A DNA stretch of 64,000 bases from an uncultured Candidatus Saccharibacteria bacterium (GTDB taxonomy: Bacteria > Patescibacteriota > Minisyncoccia > Phycocordibacterales > PALSA-1337): contig CAYOTK010000005.1 of the NCBI GenBank assembly GCA_964406895.1, positions 7,484 through 71,483 on the forward strand, written 5' to 3'. Every line of letters starts with the position of its first letter. Position 1 is the stretch's first letter. The position numbers were made by a program, and so were the translations under genes. A model generated the notes under the pieces. That model had not been told where the DNA came from, did not search any database, and saw only the letters and a program-made list of their open reading frames with translations. Of this stretch, positions 1 to 9,823 are shown piece after piece.

Positions 1-2
1 TA

Positions 3-632
3 AAGAGTTTACATGTATCTCTACCCATACTTACTCGCATTGTTATATTTTTTTCGGAAAATATCATTTCGTATGGTTTGTATTATTTTTTGTCTTTGAT
101 TTTTGTCTTGATATTGTTTATTTATTTTTATAAAAGGAAAAAAGTATTCCGGTATTATTTCCAATCATTCCTGATCAAAATCCCCCTTATAGGCAATTTG
201 ATATCAATGTATTTTCTTTCTGTATTCTTGAGATCTATAGGTTCGCTGACAGAAAGTGGCATATCGGTATCAGTGGCGTATGAAGACTCCAAGGAAACGT
301 TATCATTCTTGCCTTTGTATGAAAGACTTCATGCCAATACGAAACAAATTCATCGCGGTATCGGAATGAGTAAAATATTTAGTTCAATACCAAGCGTTTT
401 GATGCCAGCATATATACCGCCTCTTATAGAGGCAGGAGAAGCGTCTGGTAATCTGGGCAAATCACTTCTGAGATCGGCGCATATTATAGATAGGAGTTTA
501 GAACATTCCTTGAAAAAGCTAACTTCACTTATTGAGCCAATTATGATGGCGGGTATTGGATGTGTGGTTGGTTCGATCGCACTTTCAATAATGATGCCTA
601 TATATGACATATCGAAAGTATTACAAAAATAA
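3..632 (+). CDS. pilC: Type II secretion/type IV pilus platform protein (PilC/GspF family), 5'-truncated by window edge
   Basis: Frame open from base 3; motifs 'IEAGEASGNL' and 'LTSLIEPIMM...IMMPIY' typical of the T2SSF C-terminal domain; followed by pilin genes. Confidence 0.9.
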   Translation, partial: KSLHVSLPILTRIVIFFSENIISYGLYYFLSLIFVLILFIYFYKRKKVFRYYFQSFLIKIPLIGNLISMYFLSVFLRSIGSLTESGISVSVAYEDSKETLSFLPLYERLHANTKQIHRGIGMSKIFSSIPSVLMPAYIPPLIEAGEASGNLGKSLLRSAHIIDRSLEHSLKKLTSLIEPIMMAGIGCVVGSIALSIMMPIYDISKVLQK

Positions 633-2103
633 AAAGGGCATGATTATTGTTGATGTAATGTTGGCTCTTACTCTGTCTACATTGTTGATTTTTTCTATTA
701 TTCAAATAATAGATTCTTCCTCACAAGTTTTCGAGCAAGCAAAGATGAAAAATTATCTCATGAATATTGCCATGTTGAATATGTATGAATTCGATGATTT
801 GCGAGAATATGAGACCAAGAAAATTGTAATATCAGATGTGGTCATTGAAGCTAGTTCTTTGCCTTGGGGCAACACTATGCAGGAAATATTGTTCGATATT
901 TATATTGATAAAACAAATATTCATGAATATATAACAGTCGTAAGAAAATCAAATTCACCGGATAATGTCATAGATAAGATCAGTAATAATTATTGTGCCG
1001 TCAATCCAGGTCTCAGTAATATTGTTGGCGATTATCAATATATTCAGAATTTTATATCTTATAAAAATGGTTTAACTCTTCCTTCGACCCAAATATCCTC
1101 GAGTACCACTATTGTCCTTCCACTAAATCCACTTTTGCCTCCGACTGATTTCGATATACACGATAACATCGCTTTTATATCAATTGATTCCAATGTTGCC
1201 TCAGATCCAGATTTAATTGTTTCTGACATTACCAATGTTAATAGCCCGATAATAAAAAGTGTTGCAAATACTGGCCCGGGAATATCTGGTTTTGTTACCA
1301 ATAGAGAATATTTATATGCAGCCGCTGCTAGTACTGCGGCCCAATTGCATATATTGAGGATTGGTCCAGAATATTCTTTGTCTCTCATTACGAAATATCA
1401 ATTGCCGTTACCGTATGCAACCGCAACACCACCACTAGGCACTTCTATTCTTTTTGCCAATGAAAAAGTATATGTAGGGACAACAAAATGGGATGGAGGA
1501 GAATTCAATATTATTGATGTTAAAGATCCGACCCGTCCATTCTTGTTAGGCTCATATGATATAGGAAGCAAAGTCGAGAATATAATGATTGCAAACAATG
1601 TGGCTTATATTTCTAATGCAGGCCAAGAATCACTGCTCGAATTGGATATTTCAGATCCTTCTAATATTAAGAAAATAGCATCTTTTTCACCACAAGGATA
1701 TGAAAGACAAGAAGGTAAGACTTCGACTGTATTTGAGAAAAAATTATTTTTCGGAAGAACTTCAGGAGGTTTCGATATCAGTAATGAGCATGAATTATTC
1801 TTATGGAATAGTACATCTTCTATTCAAGATATCTTTTCCTCCAAATACAACTCTGTGAACTTTTCAGGCGGAATATATGGCTTTGTCCCTTCAAGATTTG
1901 ATCTATTTTCGATCACGAGAAAGGGCGGAAATGAATTAACCATATTCGATAACAATACATCTTTATCGATGCAAAAGAGTGTGTCCCTGCCAATACTGCC
2001 ACAGGCTATCACGTGTAATGATCGGTATATATATGTTTTATCACATAATACACCTGCAATATTAAGATTGAGTTTTGATAAATACAAAAATGAAAATAAG
2101 TAA
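604..2103 (+). CDS. Prepilin-like N-terminus fused to LVIVD-type beta-propeller repeats (putative minor pilin/adhesin)
   Basis: Basic leader KKG|MIIVD then a hydrophobic helix; repeats 'FNIIDVKDPTRP', 'LELDISDPSNI', 'IVSDITNVNSP'. Confidence 0.7.
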   Translation: MTYRKYYKNKKGMIIVDVMLALTLSTLLIFSIIQIIDSSSQVFEQAKMKNYLMNIAMLNMYEFDDLREYETKKIVISDVVIEASSLPWGNTMQEILFDIYIDKTNIHEYITVVRKSNSPDNVIDKISNNYCAVNPGLSNIVGDYQYIQNFISYKNGLTLPSTQISSSTTIVLPLNPLLPPTDFDIHDNIAFISIDSNVASDPDLIVSDITNVNSPIIKSVANTGPGISGFVTNREYLYAAAASTAAQLHILRIGPEYSLSLITKYQLPLPYATATPPLGTSILFANEKVYVGTTKWDGGEFNIIDVKDPTRPFLLGSYDIGSKVENIMIANNVAYISNAGQESLLELDISDPSNIKKIASFSPQGYERQEGKTSTVFEKKLFFGRTSGGFDISNEHELFLWNSTSSIQDIFSSKYNSVNFSGGIYGFVPSRFDLFSITRKGGNELTIFDNNTSLSMQKSVSLPILPQAITCNDRYIYVLSHNTPAILRLSFDKYKNENK

Positions 2104-2257
2104 AACATCATCTAAAATAGGAATGTCTCTTATAGAAGTAATTATTTATGTTTGTCTGTTGTCGATTTTATTATCAACTTTTATTCAGTTTGTTTATATC
2201 CATCAAGACAGAAACTACGAGCTTTTACATGAAATCAATGATGCTTATTCAGAATAA
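2090..2257 (+). CDS. Very short type IV pilin-like protein
   Basis: KIG|MSLIEVIIYV class III signal with E+5; ATG at 2090 overlaps the end of the upstream gene. Confidence 0.65.
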   Translation: MKISKTSSKIGMSLIEVIIYVCLLSILLSTFIQFVYIHQDRNYELLHEINDAYSE

Positions 2258-2579
2258 AAATTCAGGTTTTATGGCTACCGTATCAATTATTCTGATTTCA
2301 CTCGGGGTAATCGCTTTTTCACTGTCAGTTTCGAGTGGGGCAATATTATACGCTGATTTCATGAATAAAAAAGAAATGCGTATACAAGCCGGTTTCAATC
2401 TTGAAGCTTGTAAAGAGATTGCCCTCCAACAATTCAAACGTAATTATATATTTCTCAAACATATTGATATTTCCGAATTGGGTTGTGTTGCGGACTTGTT
2501 TCCAAATGGTTTGTATAAAACAATAAAACTCAATGCGGCCTTCGGGGGCACGCGGGTGGCGACGAGCACAGTTTTTTAA
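2229..2579 (+). CDS. PilX-like minor pilin
   Basis: NSG|FMATV hydrophobic N-terminus lacking E+5; 'QAGFNLEACKEIAL' resembles PilX N-terminal segments; start uncertain (2229/2238/2241). Confidence 0.6.
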   Translation: MKSMMLIQNKNSGFMATVSIILISLGVIAFSLSVSSGAILYADFMNKKEMRIQAGFNLEACKEIALQQFKRNYIFLKHIDISELGCVADLFPNGLYKTIKLNAAFGGTRVATSTVF

Positions 2580-2660
2580 TTTAAGAAATCTTTAGGAAAA
2601 ATTTAATAAATCTTTAACACTGTTTTGATAATCTTCATTATTATTAGTAACAATAAAAAT

Positions 2661-3143
2661 ATGAAGAATAAACAAAGAAAGATTCGTAGTAAGGGGTTTA
2701 CGCTTATAGAAGTTCTTGTGGTTATTGGCATAATAGCGATCTTGGCAACTGTTGTGCTCGTTGCGGTAAATCCAAGTCGCCAATTCAAATTAGCCAGAGA
2801 TTCTCAGAGAACAAGCAATGTAAATGCGATCCTGAATGCTGTGCACCAGAATATGGCTGAGCACAAAGGAACTTTAGTTTGTAACGGTAGTGTCAAAGAT
2901 ATTCCATCAAGCTTCACTCTCATCAGAGATTCGAAGGATAGTGCGAATTGGGCAGGAGATATAGCTTCTTGTATTATTCCTGATTATATTTCTTCATTAC
3001 CATTTGACCCGAATAAAACCGGTGCAAATTATAAGGATAATGCTGAATATAATACTGGCTATGAAATAGCACGCGATATTAATGGCCGAATAACAGCAAG
3101 TTCTACCGGAGAGTTGACTCCAACTATTTCTGTTACGAGATAA
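2661..3143 (+). CDS. Type IV pilin with N-terminal cleavage/methylation motif
   Basis: SKG|FTLIEVLVVIGIIAILATVVLVAVNP...ARDSQR. Confidence 0.92.
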   Translation: MKNKQRKIRSKGFTLIEVLVVIGIIAILATVVLVAVNPSRQFKLARDSQRTSNVNAILNAVHQNMAEHKGTLVCNGSVKDIPSSFTLIRDSKDSANWAGDIASCIIPDYISSLPFDPNKTGANYKDNAEYNTGYEIARDINGRITASSTGELTPTISVTR

Positions 3144-3172
3144 AGAGAGAGTAATATGGTAAAATTGTATGC

Positions 3173-4141
3173 ATGCTCTTCTCGCATAGAAATGCAATCA
3201 TTATTACAAGTGTAGTCGTTTCTTTCTTAGCAACGATCGTTGTGGTGCATTTGAAGAGAGTCAATGAAATTCCTTCAAATAATTTCGTCACTTTCAGGTA
3301 TGAGCCGTCTGTTTTGAATCCTGATCCTGAATTCTTCAATTCAAAATCTCAAGAAGAGAAACAATCTAGTGATCTCAAAATTGTAGAGAACAAAAAAAAT
3401 AAATCACAGAATGTTGATTCTGATAACGTGACGGCAAGAGCCTATTTGGTGGGAGATATACAATCAGGAAAGATTTTGCTAGGTAAGAATGTTGATATGG
3501 TTTTGCCCGTTGCTTCTATGTCCAAGCTTGTAACAGCTTTTGTGGCTACCGATGAATTGAATCTAGACAAAGTTATCGAAATTACTCCTGAGATGACCAA
3601 AGTGCCTCCCGATAGCAGTAATATAAAAGCAGGTGAGAAATATACCGTCAAAGAATTACTTTATCCTATGTTGCTTAACTCATCTAACATAGCAGCGGAG
3701 GCACTTGCTTCATCTTCTGACAGAGCTCATTTCATGGATCAAATGAAAAGTTATGCCTGGGAAATAGGTATGCCTTCTAGTTTCTTTAGTGATCCTTCAG
3801 GGGTTAGTGCAGAGAATACAGCTTCAGCAAAAGATCTGTTTGCATTATCTGTTTATCTTTACAAATTTAGACCTGATATATTGGCACTGACGCGCAATCC
3901 TTCTATGCTTTCTGCAGCAGTTGCTGACAGACAAACACATAATTTTTCTAGTACGCATCCTTTCGTTAGAGATGAGCGTTTCATTGGAGGCAAGACGGGT
4001 AGAACACCTCAGGCAGGGGATACTATGCTTACAATATTAAATATTGATAATAAACCAATATCATTCATCGTTCTTGGTTCAAAATATGATAATAGAGCCA
4101 ATGACACACGTTTGCTTATCGAGAAAATCAGCAAGAAATAA
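3173..4141 (+). CDS. D-alanyl-D-alanine carboxypeptidase (peptidase S11)
   Basis: N-terminal TM; catalytic motifs SMSK (SxxK), SSN (SxN), KTG. Confidence 0.9.
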   Translation: MLFSHRNAIIITSVVVSFLATIVVVHLKRVNEIPSNNFVTFRYEPSVLNPDPEFFNSKSQEEKQSSDLKIVENKKNKSQNVDSDNVTARAYLVGDIQSGKILLGKNVDMVLPVASMSKLVTAFVATDELNLDKVIEITPEMTKVPPDSSNIKAGEKYTVKELLYPMLLNSSNIAAEALASSSDRAHFMDQMKSYAWEIGMPSSFFSDPSGVSAENTASAKDLFALSVYLYKFRPDILALTRNPSMLSAAVADRQTHNFSSTHPFVRDERFIGGKTGRTPQAGDTMLTILNIDNKPISFIVLGSKYDNRANDTRLLIEKISKK

Positions 4142-4903
4142 CTATTCAAGATCTACCAACCATTTCTTGATAAGTTCTGAGGTTTCTTCAGGACCTTTGA
4201 CTGATACACAGTCAACACCTGTGGCTTTGGCGGGGTAATCGTTTCCTCCATAGAATAAAGCGTCCCCGACGAAAACCATATCATCTGCATTAATTTTCAG
4301 ATAGTCTTCTAATCTCCTTATGCCATATCCTTTATTGACTCCTTTTCTTGTTATATCGACAGAAGTACTTCCACCGACTCTCACATCAAATTCAGGTATT
4401 TTTTGTTTTATTAGTTCTGCTATTTGTTCTCTTTTTTTCCTATCAGGATCCCAAGAAAGTTTTATTTGTACGGGGGCATTTTGTCCCAAAGCCGAAAAAG
4501 TTATTTGAGAGCCTCTGTCTTCGATTATTGGTCCGTATACTTTTTCTGGGTTTTGATAATTGGTTTGTTTCAAAACTTGATTGAGTGATGAAATTATTTT
4601 TTCTTTTTCTTCCTTGCTCAAAACTTCTGAATATTCTTCATGCCAGTCTCCTTTCCATGTATATAGTTTTGTGCCAGAAGTGGGGAGGAGCAATAGATTG
4701 CTTCCGAATTCATTTATGTTAGAAAGTTTGGCTAAGAATTGACTTTGGAATTGCGGGTATCCACCGCCAGAAATTACTGCCACTTTGATTTTTTTCATTA
4801 AGCCAGTAAGTAAAGAAGCCATTTCTTGTTCTAGCGGTGATTTGCTCACAGTGAGAGTGCCATCAAGATCGAACATTGCGATTTTTTTATCTTTGATATT
4901 CAT
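4142..4903 (-). CDS. HAD-IIB family phosphomannomutase-like enzyme (eukaryotic PMM-type)
   Basis: FDLDGTL motif I; 'IEDRGSQITFSALGQ'; 'GDALFYGGNDYP'. Confidence 0.82.
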   Translation of the reverse strand: MNIKDKKIAMFDLDGTLTVSKSPLEQEMASLLTGLMKKIKVAVISGGGYPQFQSQFLAKLSNINEFGSNLLLLPTSGTKLYTWKGDWHEEYSEVLSKEEKEKIISSLNQVLKQTNYQNPEKVYGPIIEDRGSQITFSALGQNAPVQIKLSWDPDRKKREQIAELIKQKIPEFDVRVGGSTSVDITRKGVNKGYGIRRLEDYLKINADDMVFVGDALFYGGNDYPAKATGVDCVSVKGPEETSELIKKWLVDLE

Positions 4904-4904
4904 A

Positions 4905-6806
4905 CTATGATTCTAACATTTCAAGCAGTATTTCCATATCGACATACGCAACGCCGACATGTTTATCTGCAGCTCCATAATATATGTATAATTTTCCATT
5001 TCTGACTATATTCCCACAAGGAAATACAACATTTGAGACTATGCCTTGCATCTCATAGGATTCTTGTGGTTCTAATATCGGTACTGCTGTACGTGCTCTC
5101 ACGATTGTCGGATCTTCCAAATCGAGCAAAACTGCACCTACTCGATATATAGCACTCCATGATACTCCGTGATAAAGCATGAGCCAACCCTTCGGGGTTT
5201 TGATTGGAGGACAAGATATGCCGACCTTGAGTCCGTCCCACATACCACGTCTCGGTTCTATAATCTCAATACACTGATCAATTTTTTCTTTGGAAAAATC
5301 TAGAGAATCAACGAAATCAGCACAGACGACTTCGTGAACTCTGTGGAATACCATGTATCGATTCTTTACAGGCTCGGGCAATATTGTGGCATCTTTGTTC
5401 GGAATGTTTGGAGGAGTTATGGCTTCGGGCTTACTCCACGCGCTCCATTTTTTGTTTATAAAATCACTCTTGGATATTGAACTTATGGCTACTCTAGGAG
5501 TAACTCCGTCATAACCTGTATAACTCATATATAGTTTATCGTTTATTTCTACAATTCTTGGATCTTCGCAACCGTATCCAGGACTATTATCAGTTTTTGA
5601 TTCGAATTTTTCTCTAGGGAAATAAATCGGTTTGTCAGGTCTTTCGTCTATCTTCAATCCGTCAAAAGATGAAGCGTATCCTATTGTAGATTGATTTGAT
5701 ACTGTTGCTGCTCTATATAGTAGATGAACTTTACCATCAATATCTATAGCGGCGGGATTGAGCGTCCCTCCTTGTTCCCACAAAAGCCCAGGTCTTGGTG
5801 ATATTATCGGGTTTCCTGGATATCTTTTGATAGCCTTTTTATATTCTCCGGTTATTGTTTTCATGAATTGTTTGAGCGGTATAGTTGCAAAAGCAGTGTG
5901 AGTATCAGCAGCACCGTAATAAATTTCCAATTTATCATTTCTTATGAGTGCCCCAGAAGGGAATATGGTATGGGACACTTGTCCTGTACGATCATAATAT
6001 GTTTCAGGAATAAGAAACGGGCCATCTGTTTTGCCTATGACTTTCCTAGGATCATTTAGATCTAGCAATAGTGCTTCTATGCCAAAGACATGATCGTCTC
6101 TGCCGTATCTTTGTATGTGAGCATAAATAACAAGCCAGCCATGATCTGTCTTCAATGGTACAGAACCAAGCTCAACGTGATCTTCTGCATATCTTCTTAT
6201 TTTAAGTTTATTATTATCGGATTTTTTCAACCATTCGTGCCAGAAAGATTCTGACCATAACTGTTCAATGTTGTCGCATTCTACGTAACATATATCAGAA
6301 GGTTTTCGGTCTGGATTTATGGTGACGAGTGCTGAAACCTTGCCATTTATTCTTTCTGGAAATATGGCCATAGCTTTTGCGTTGAATGGAGTGACCGGGT
6401 GTTTGGCTTCTATTGTTTTAAGATCATTACTTATTGCTACGGCAACTTTTATATTTTCTGCAGAGAATGGATACCCACTTAGTCCTGTATAAAAGATGTA
6501 GAATTTTCCCTCGAATTTTGTTACTCGAGGATCTTCACAACCGAACTTGTCGAAATCTGAATCATTGATGACCAGCTGTCTGTGTTTGTCATAATATATT
6601 CCATCCGAAGAATGAGCAACTGCTATTGTTGATGTCTGAATATGTGGCTCCTTCAGAATTTCATTGTCAGACATTGCTCGATAGATCAGATAGGTTTGAT
6701 TGTCGTGAATGACAGGGGAAGCGTTGAAAGCAGCAGCAGCTTCCCAAGAATGATCCAGGTCTGGTGATAATATTGGATTATGTTTTGATCGCGTGACTGT
6801 GAACAT
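4905..6806 (-). CDS. Tandem two-domain GH130 beta-mannoside phosphorylase/glycosidase
   Basis: Two copies of NP(I/L)...YRA...GCEDPR...YYGAAD. Confidence 0.88.
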   Translation of the reverse strand: MFTVTRSKHNPILSPDLDHSWEAAAAFNASPVIHDNQTYLIYRAMSDNEILKEPHIQTSTIAVAHSSDGIYYDKHRQLVINDSDFDKFGCEDPRVTKFEGKFYIFYTGLSGYPFSAENIKVAVAISNDLKTIEAKHPVTPFNAKAMAIFPERINGKVSALVTINPDRKPSDICYVECDNIEQLWSESFWHEWLKKSDNNKLKIRRYAEDHVELGSVPLKTDHGWLVIYAHIQRYGRDDHVFGIEALLLDLNDPRKVIGKTDGPFLIPETYYDRTGQVSHTIFPSGALIRNDKLEIYYGAADTHTAFATIPLKQFMKTITGEYKKAIKRYPGNPIISPRPGLLWEQGGTLNPAAIDIDGKVHLLYRAATVSNQSTIGYASSFDGLKIDERPDKPIYFPREKFESKTDNSPGYGCEDPRIVEINDKLYMSYTGYDGVTPRVAISSISKSDFINKKWSAWSKPEAITPPNIPNKDATILPEPVKNRYMVFHRVHEVVCADFVDSLDFSKEKIDQCIEIIEPRRGMWDGLKVGISCPPIKTPKGWLMLYHGVSWSAIYRVGAVLLDLEDPTIVRARTAVPILEPQESYEMQGIVSNVVFPCGNIVRNGKLYIYYGAADKHVGVAYVDMEILLEMLES

Positions 6807-6810
6807 TGTT

Positions 6811-7911
6811 TTATTCTACCTTGCCGTTCTTCATTAACCAGTCCAATAATGGTTGCAATTTTGTTTCTGCTACACAAACATGTTTATCTCCACCGCCGTA
6901 ATATACGTATAATTTGTCATCTCTTACTATTGCACCTGATGCATATACAACACCAGGCTTGCCATCATTTTCATATGGCATTTCAGGAGAAAGTATTGGT
7001 TTCGGTGCTCGATACAGAATCTTTTTAGGATCATTAAGATCGAGAATCATTGCGCCTATTTTGTACTTGTTTGGATCATTTTTATCCATCGCATGATAAA
7101 GAAGTAACCAACCTGCGCTCGTTTTTATTGGTGGAGGGCCCGCACCTCTTACCCAATTATCCCAGAACTCTTGTCTACCTCCTTTGGGCGGTTTACTCTT
7201 GATTTTTTCTTTATTGTAGAAATTGTCCAAGCTATCTAAATAATCGATTAAAATATTTGGTGATATTCCATGAAGTATTGCAAACTTACCATTTATTTTT
7301 TCAGGGAATAAAACCCAATTTTTATGAGTCTCACCCTCAGGTGATATAACAACAGGCTTTTTCCAATTCCACTTTTTCTTCTTGAAATCTTCTTCGCTTA
7401 TAGAAGTTACTGCCATTTTTATAGAACCCCAACCCTCGAAAGCGACATATGTCATGTAAATACGATCTTCTATCTGAACAGCTCTTGGATCTTCGCATCC
7501 GCCCCAACCACCACCAGAAGTGTAATATGAAGGATTGTATATTCTTGGTTCTTTAGGATCATTTTGCGGAGGACGAGGTGGTTGAAAAACTGGATATAGA
7601 GAGCGTTTGAAATTGATGCCGTCTTTACTTTCTGCGTGTCCGACGCTCGAAAGACCACCGCCACCAATCGCTCTATATAGCAAATGAACATTACCTTCTT
7701 TATCTTGGAGTGCACCAGGATTGAATGTGCCAACATTTTCCCAATCATGATGGGCACGTGGTGACATAACAGGATTGTTCGGATGTCTGTTCAGGCCAAA
7801 ATTAATTTTTGATTTACTATTATCAAGAGTCTTTTTGATGAGAAGAACGGCAATCACAATTATGAGTGCGAGAGATATAAGTATTAGTGCTGATATAATA
7901 TTGTCTTGCAT
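6811..7911 (-). CDS. GH130 family protein with N-terminal membrane anchor
   Basis: Hydrophobic N-terminus; FNPGA, LLYRA, GCEDPR, HKNWVLFPEKINGK, YYGGGD. Confidence 0.88.
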   Translation of the reverse strand: MQDNIISALILISLALIIVIAVLLIKKTLDNSKSKINFGLNRHPNNPVMSPRAHHDWENVGTFNPGALQDKEGNVHLLYRAIGGGGLSSVGHAESKDGINFKRSLYPVFQPPRPPQNDPKEPRIYNPSYYTSGGGWGGCEDPRAVQIEDRIYMTYVAFEGWGSIKMAVTSISEEDFKKKKWNWKKPVVISPEGETHKNWVLFPEKINGKFAILHGISPNILIDYLDSLDNFYNKEKIKSKPPKGGRQEFWDNWVRGAGPPPIKTSAGWLLLYHAMDKNDPNKYKIGAMILDLNDPKKILYRAPKPILSPEMPYENDGKPGVVYASGAIVRDDKLYVYYGGGDKHVCVAETKLQPLLDWLMKNGKVE

Positions 7912-7912
7912 T

Positions 7913-8266
7913 TTATTTATTGCGATTGTATTTGTCTTCGTATCTTACTATGTCATTTTCATCGAATTGCCCGAATGAAATTTCGAGAAGTATTAGATCA
8001 GAATTTGTTGCAGATATTCTGTGTTTGGTTTCTTTTGGAACGAAGTATTCTTTACCTGCGGTGGCAGAATCTTTGTTTTCTCCGATTTCGATCAAACCTT
8101 CTCCTGAAATTATATGCCAGAATTCTTCTCGGTTTTGATGTGATTGTAAACTCAAAGACTCTCCCGTTTTGACGGTTATTATTTTGACTGTTGATGGGGT
8201 GTTGTGTGTGAACTCCAAAAACTCTCCCCATGGACGGTGCTCTAAATATGGTTTGATGGGCAACAT
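7913..8266 (-). CDS. Mannose-6-phosphate isomerase, type II cupin domain (stand-alone)
   Basis: 'RPWG', 'LSLQSHQNREEFW', 'ENDIVRYEDKYNR'. Confidence 0.88.
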   Translation of the reverse strand: MLPIKPYLEHRPWGEFLEFTHNTPSTVKIITVKTGESLSLQSHQNREEFWHIISGEGLIEIGENKDSATAGKEYFVPKETKHRISATNSDLILLEISFGQFDENDIVRYEDKYNRNK

Positions 8267-8353
8267 TTTGTAATTACCTATATTTTACCTTTTATTTTGC
8301 TTTTGTTTTTGGCAAATCTGTGTATAACTTATGATATAATTGTAGTTACAAAA

Positions 8354-8788
8354 ATGAGCAAAATCAAAGTTTTTTTGATGCATTTCGAAAATAAATACAG
8401 TGCTTTGTATAAGGTTTTTCGCTATGTAGTTGCTGGTGGTACAGCAGCTATTGTTAATATTGGTTATTTATTCCTTTTTACTGACGTTTTTGGTGTTTGG
8501 TACATTATTTCCTCGGTGTTTGCCTATGTTATAGCTTTTTTGGTTAGTTTTACATTGCAAAAATACTGGACATTCAGGGATTATTCGACAGATCGCATGG
8601 CTAAACAGGGTACTATTTATTTTATTATTGGTTTTATCAATCTCGCCCTGAATACATTACTCATATATTTGTTTACAGATATTATTGGTCTGTATTATAT
8701 TGTTTCTCAGATAATATCTGGATTACTCATTGCTTGTATTAGTTTCTTTGTTTATAAGAATATAATTTTTTCTAAAACTCCAAAATGA
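8354..8788 (+). CDS. GtrA family flippase-like membrane protein
   Basis: About 4 TM helices; 'RYVVAGGTAAIVN', 'SFTLQKYWTF'. Confidence 0.88.
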   Translation: MSKIKVFLMHFENKYSALYKVFRYVVAGGTAAIVNIGYLFLFTDVFGVWYIISSVFAYVIAFLVSFTLQKYWTFRDYSTDRMAKQGTIYFIIGFINLALNTLLIYLFTDIIGLYYIVSQIISGLLIACISFFVYKNIIFSKTPK

Positions 8789-9822
8789 AATTATTGATCT
8801 TAACTCAAAAGGTAAATAGAGATGATCCTATCCTTGGGTTTTTCTGTAGATGGATAACTGAATTTTCGAAACATTTTGAGAGTATAAAAGTTATTGCGCT
8901 AGAGGTTGAGAGTAATACTCCGAGCACCTTGCCAAATAACGTCAATGTATTTTCGCTAGGTAAAGACAAGAAGATTCACACCGGCCTCGGAAAAATCAAT
9001 TATATTCTGAGATTTTACAAATATATTTGGAGTTTGAGAGATGAGTATGATGCGGTTTTTGTGCATATGAATCAGGAATATATTTTGCTCGGCTATATTC
9101 TCTGGAAGATTTTAAAAAAGAAAATCTATATGTGGAGAAACCACTATTCCGGAAATTATCTAACAAGATTATCCGTTATGTTTTGTAACAAAGTTTTTTG
9201 TACCTCGAAATATTCATATACTGCTCAATTCAAAAAAACTGTACTTATGCCAGTTGGTATCGATACTGATTTTTTTGTGGCAAATCCGAATATCCGAAGG
9301 AAAGAGAAATCTATACTGTCATTAGGGAGAATTTCAAGTTCAAAAAATATTGATTTATTTGTTGATGCGTTGTTGGAACTATACAAAGAAGGAATCGATT
9401 TTTATTCATGCATATATGGTGATGCTTTACCGAAGGAATATAAATACAAGATAAGTTTAATTGAGAAAGTTTCCACTTCAGGTTGTAAGAATATTGAATT
9501 CCACGACGGTATTCCGAATTACAAAACACCCGAAATTTATTCAGCTTTCGATATTTTTATTAATTTGAGTCCGAGTGGAATGTATGATAAAACCATGTTT
9601 GAGGCTGCTGCTTGTGGTTGTCAGATCGTTGCTCTCAATCAAGACCTTATATTAGAGTTCGGTCCGGAGTATGTCGTGGAAAAACCAGAATTTCAAACAG
9701 TGGTAAACAAGTTAAAAATATTTTTGTCGGAAGGACGACCCCAAAAAAATCTGAGAGAAATTACGATTCAGAATCAAAGTTTAAGTCTCTTGGCAAAAAG
9801 ATTGAAAGAAGAAATGAAATAA
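8785..9822 (+). CDS. Glycosyltransferase family 4
   Basis: 'GIDTDFF', 'LGRISSSKN', 'DKTMFEAAACG'. Confidence 0.85.
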   Translation: MKLLILTQKVNRDDPILGFFCRWITEFSKHFESIKVIALEVESNTPSTLPNNVNVFSLGKDKKIHTGLGKINYILRFYKYIWSLRDEYDAVFVHMNQEYILLGYILWKILKKKIYMWRNHYSGNYLTRLSVMFCNKVFCTSKYSYTAQFKKTVLMPVGIDTDFFVANPNIRRKEKSILSLGRISSSKNIDLFVDALLELYKEGIDFYSCIYGDALPKEYKYKISLIEKVSTSGCKNIEFHDGIPNYKTPEIYSAFDIFINLSPSGMYDKTMFEAAACGCQIVALNQDLILEFGPEYVVEKPEFQTVVNKLKIFLSEGRPQKNLREITIQNQSLSLLAKRLKEEMK

Positions 9823-9823
9823 C

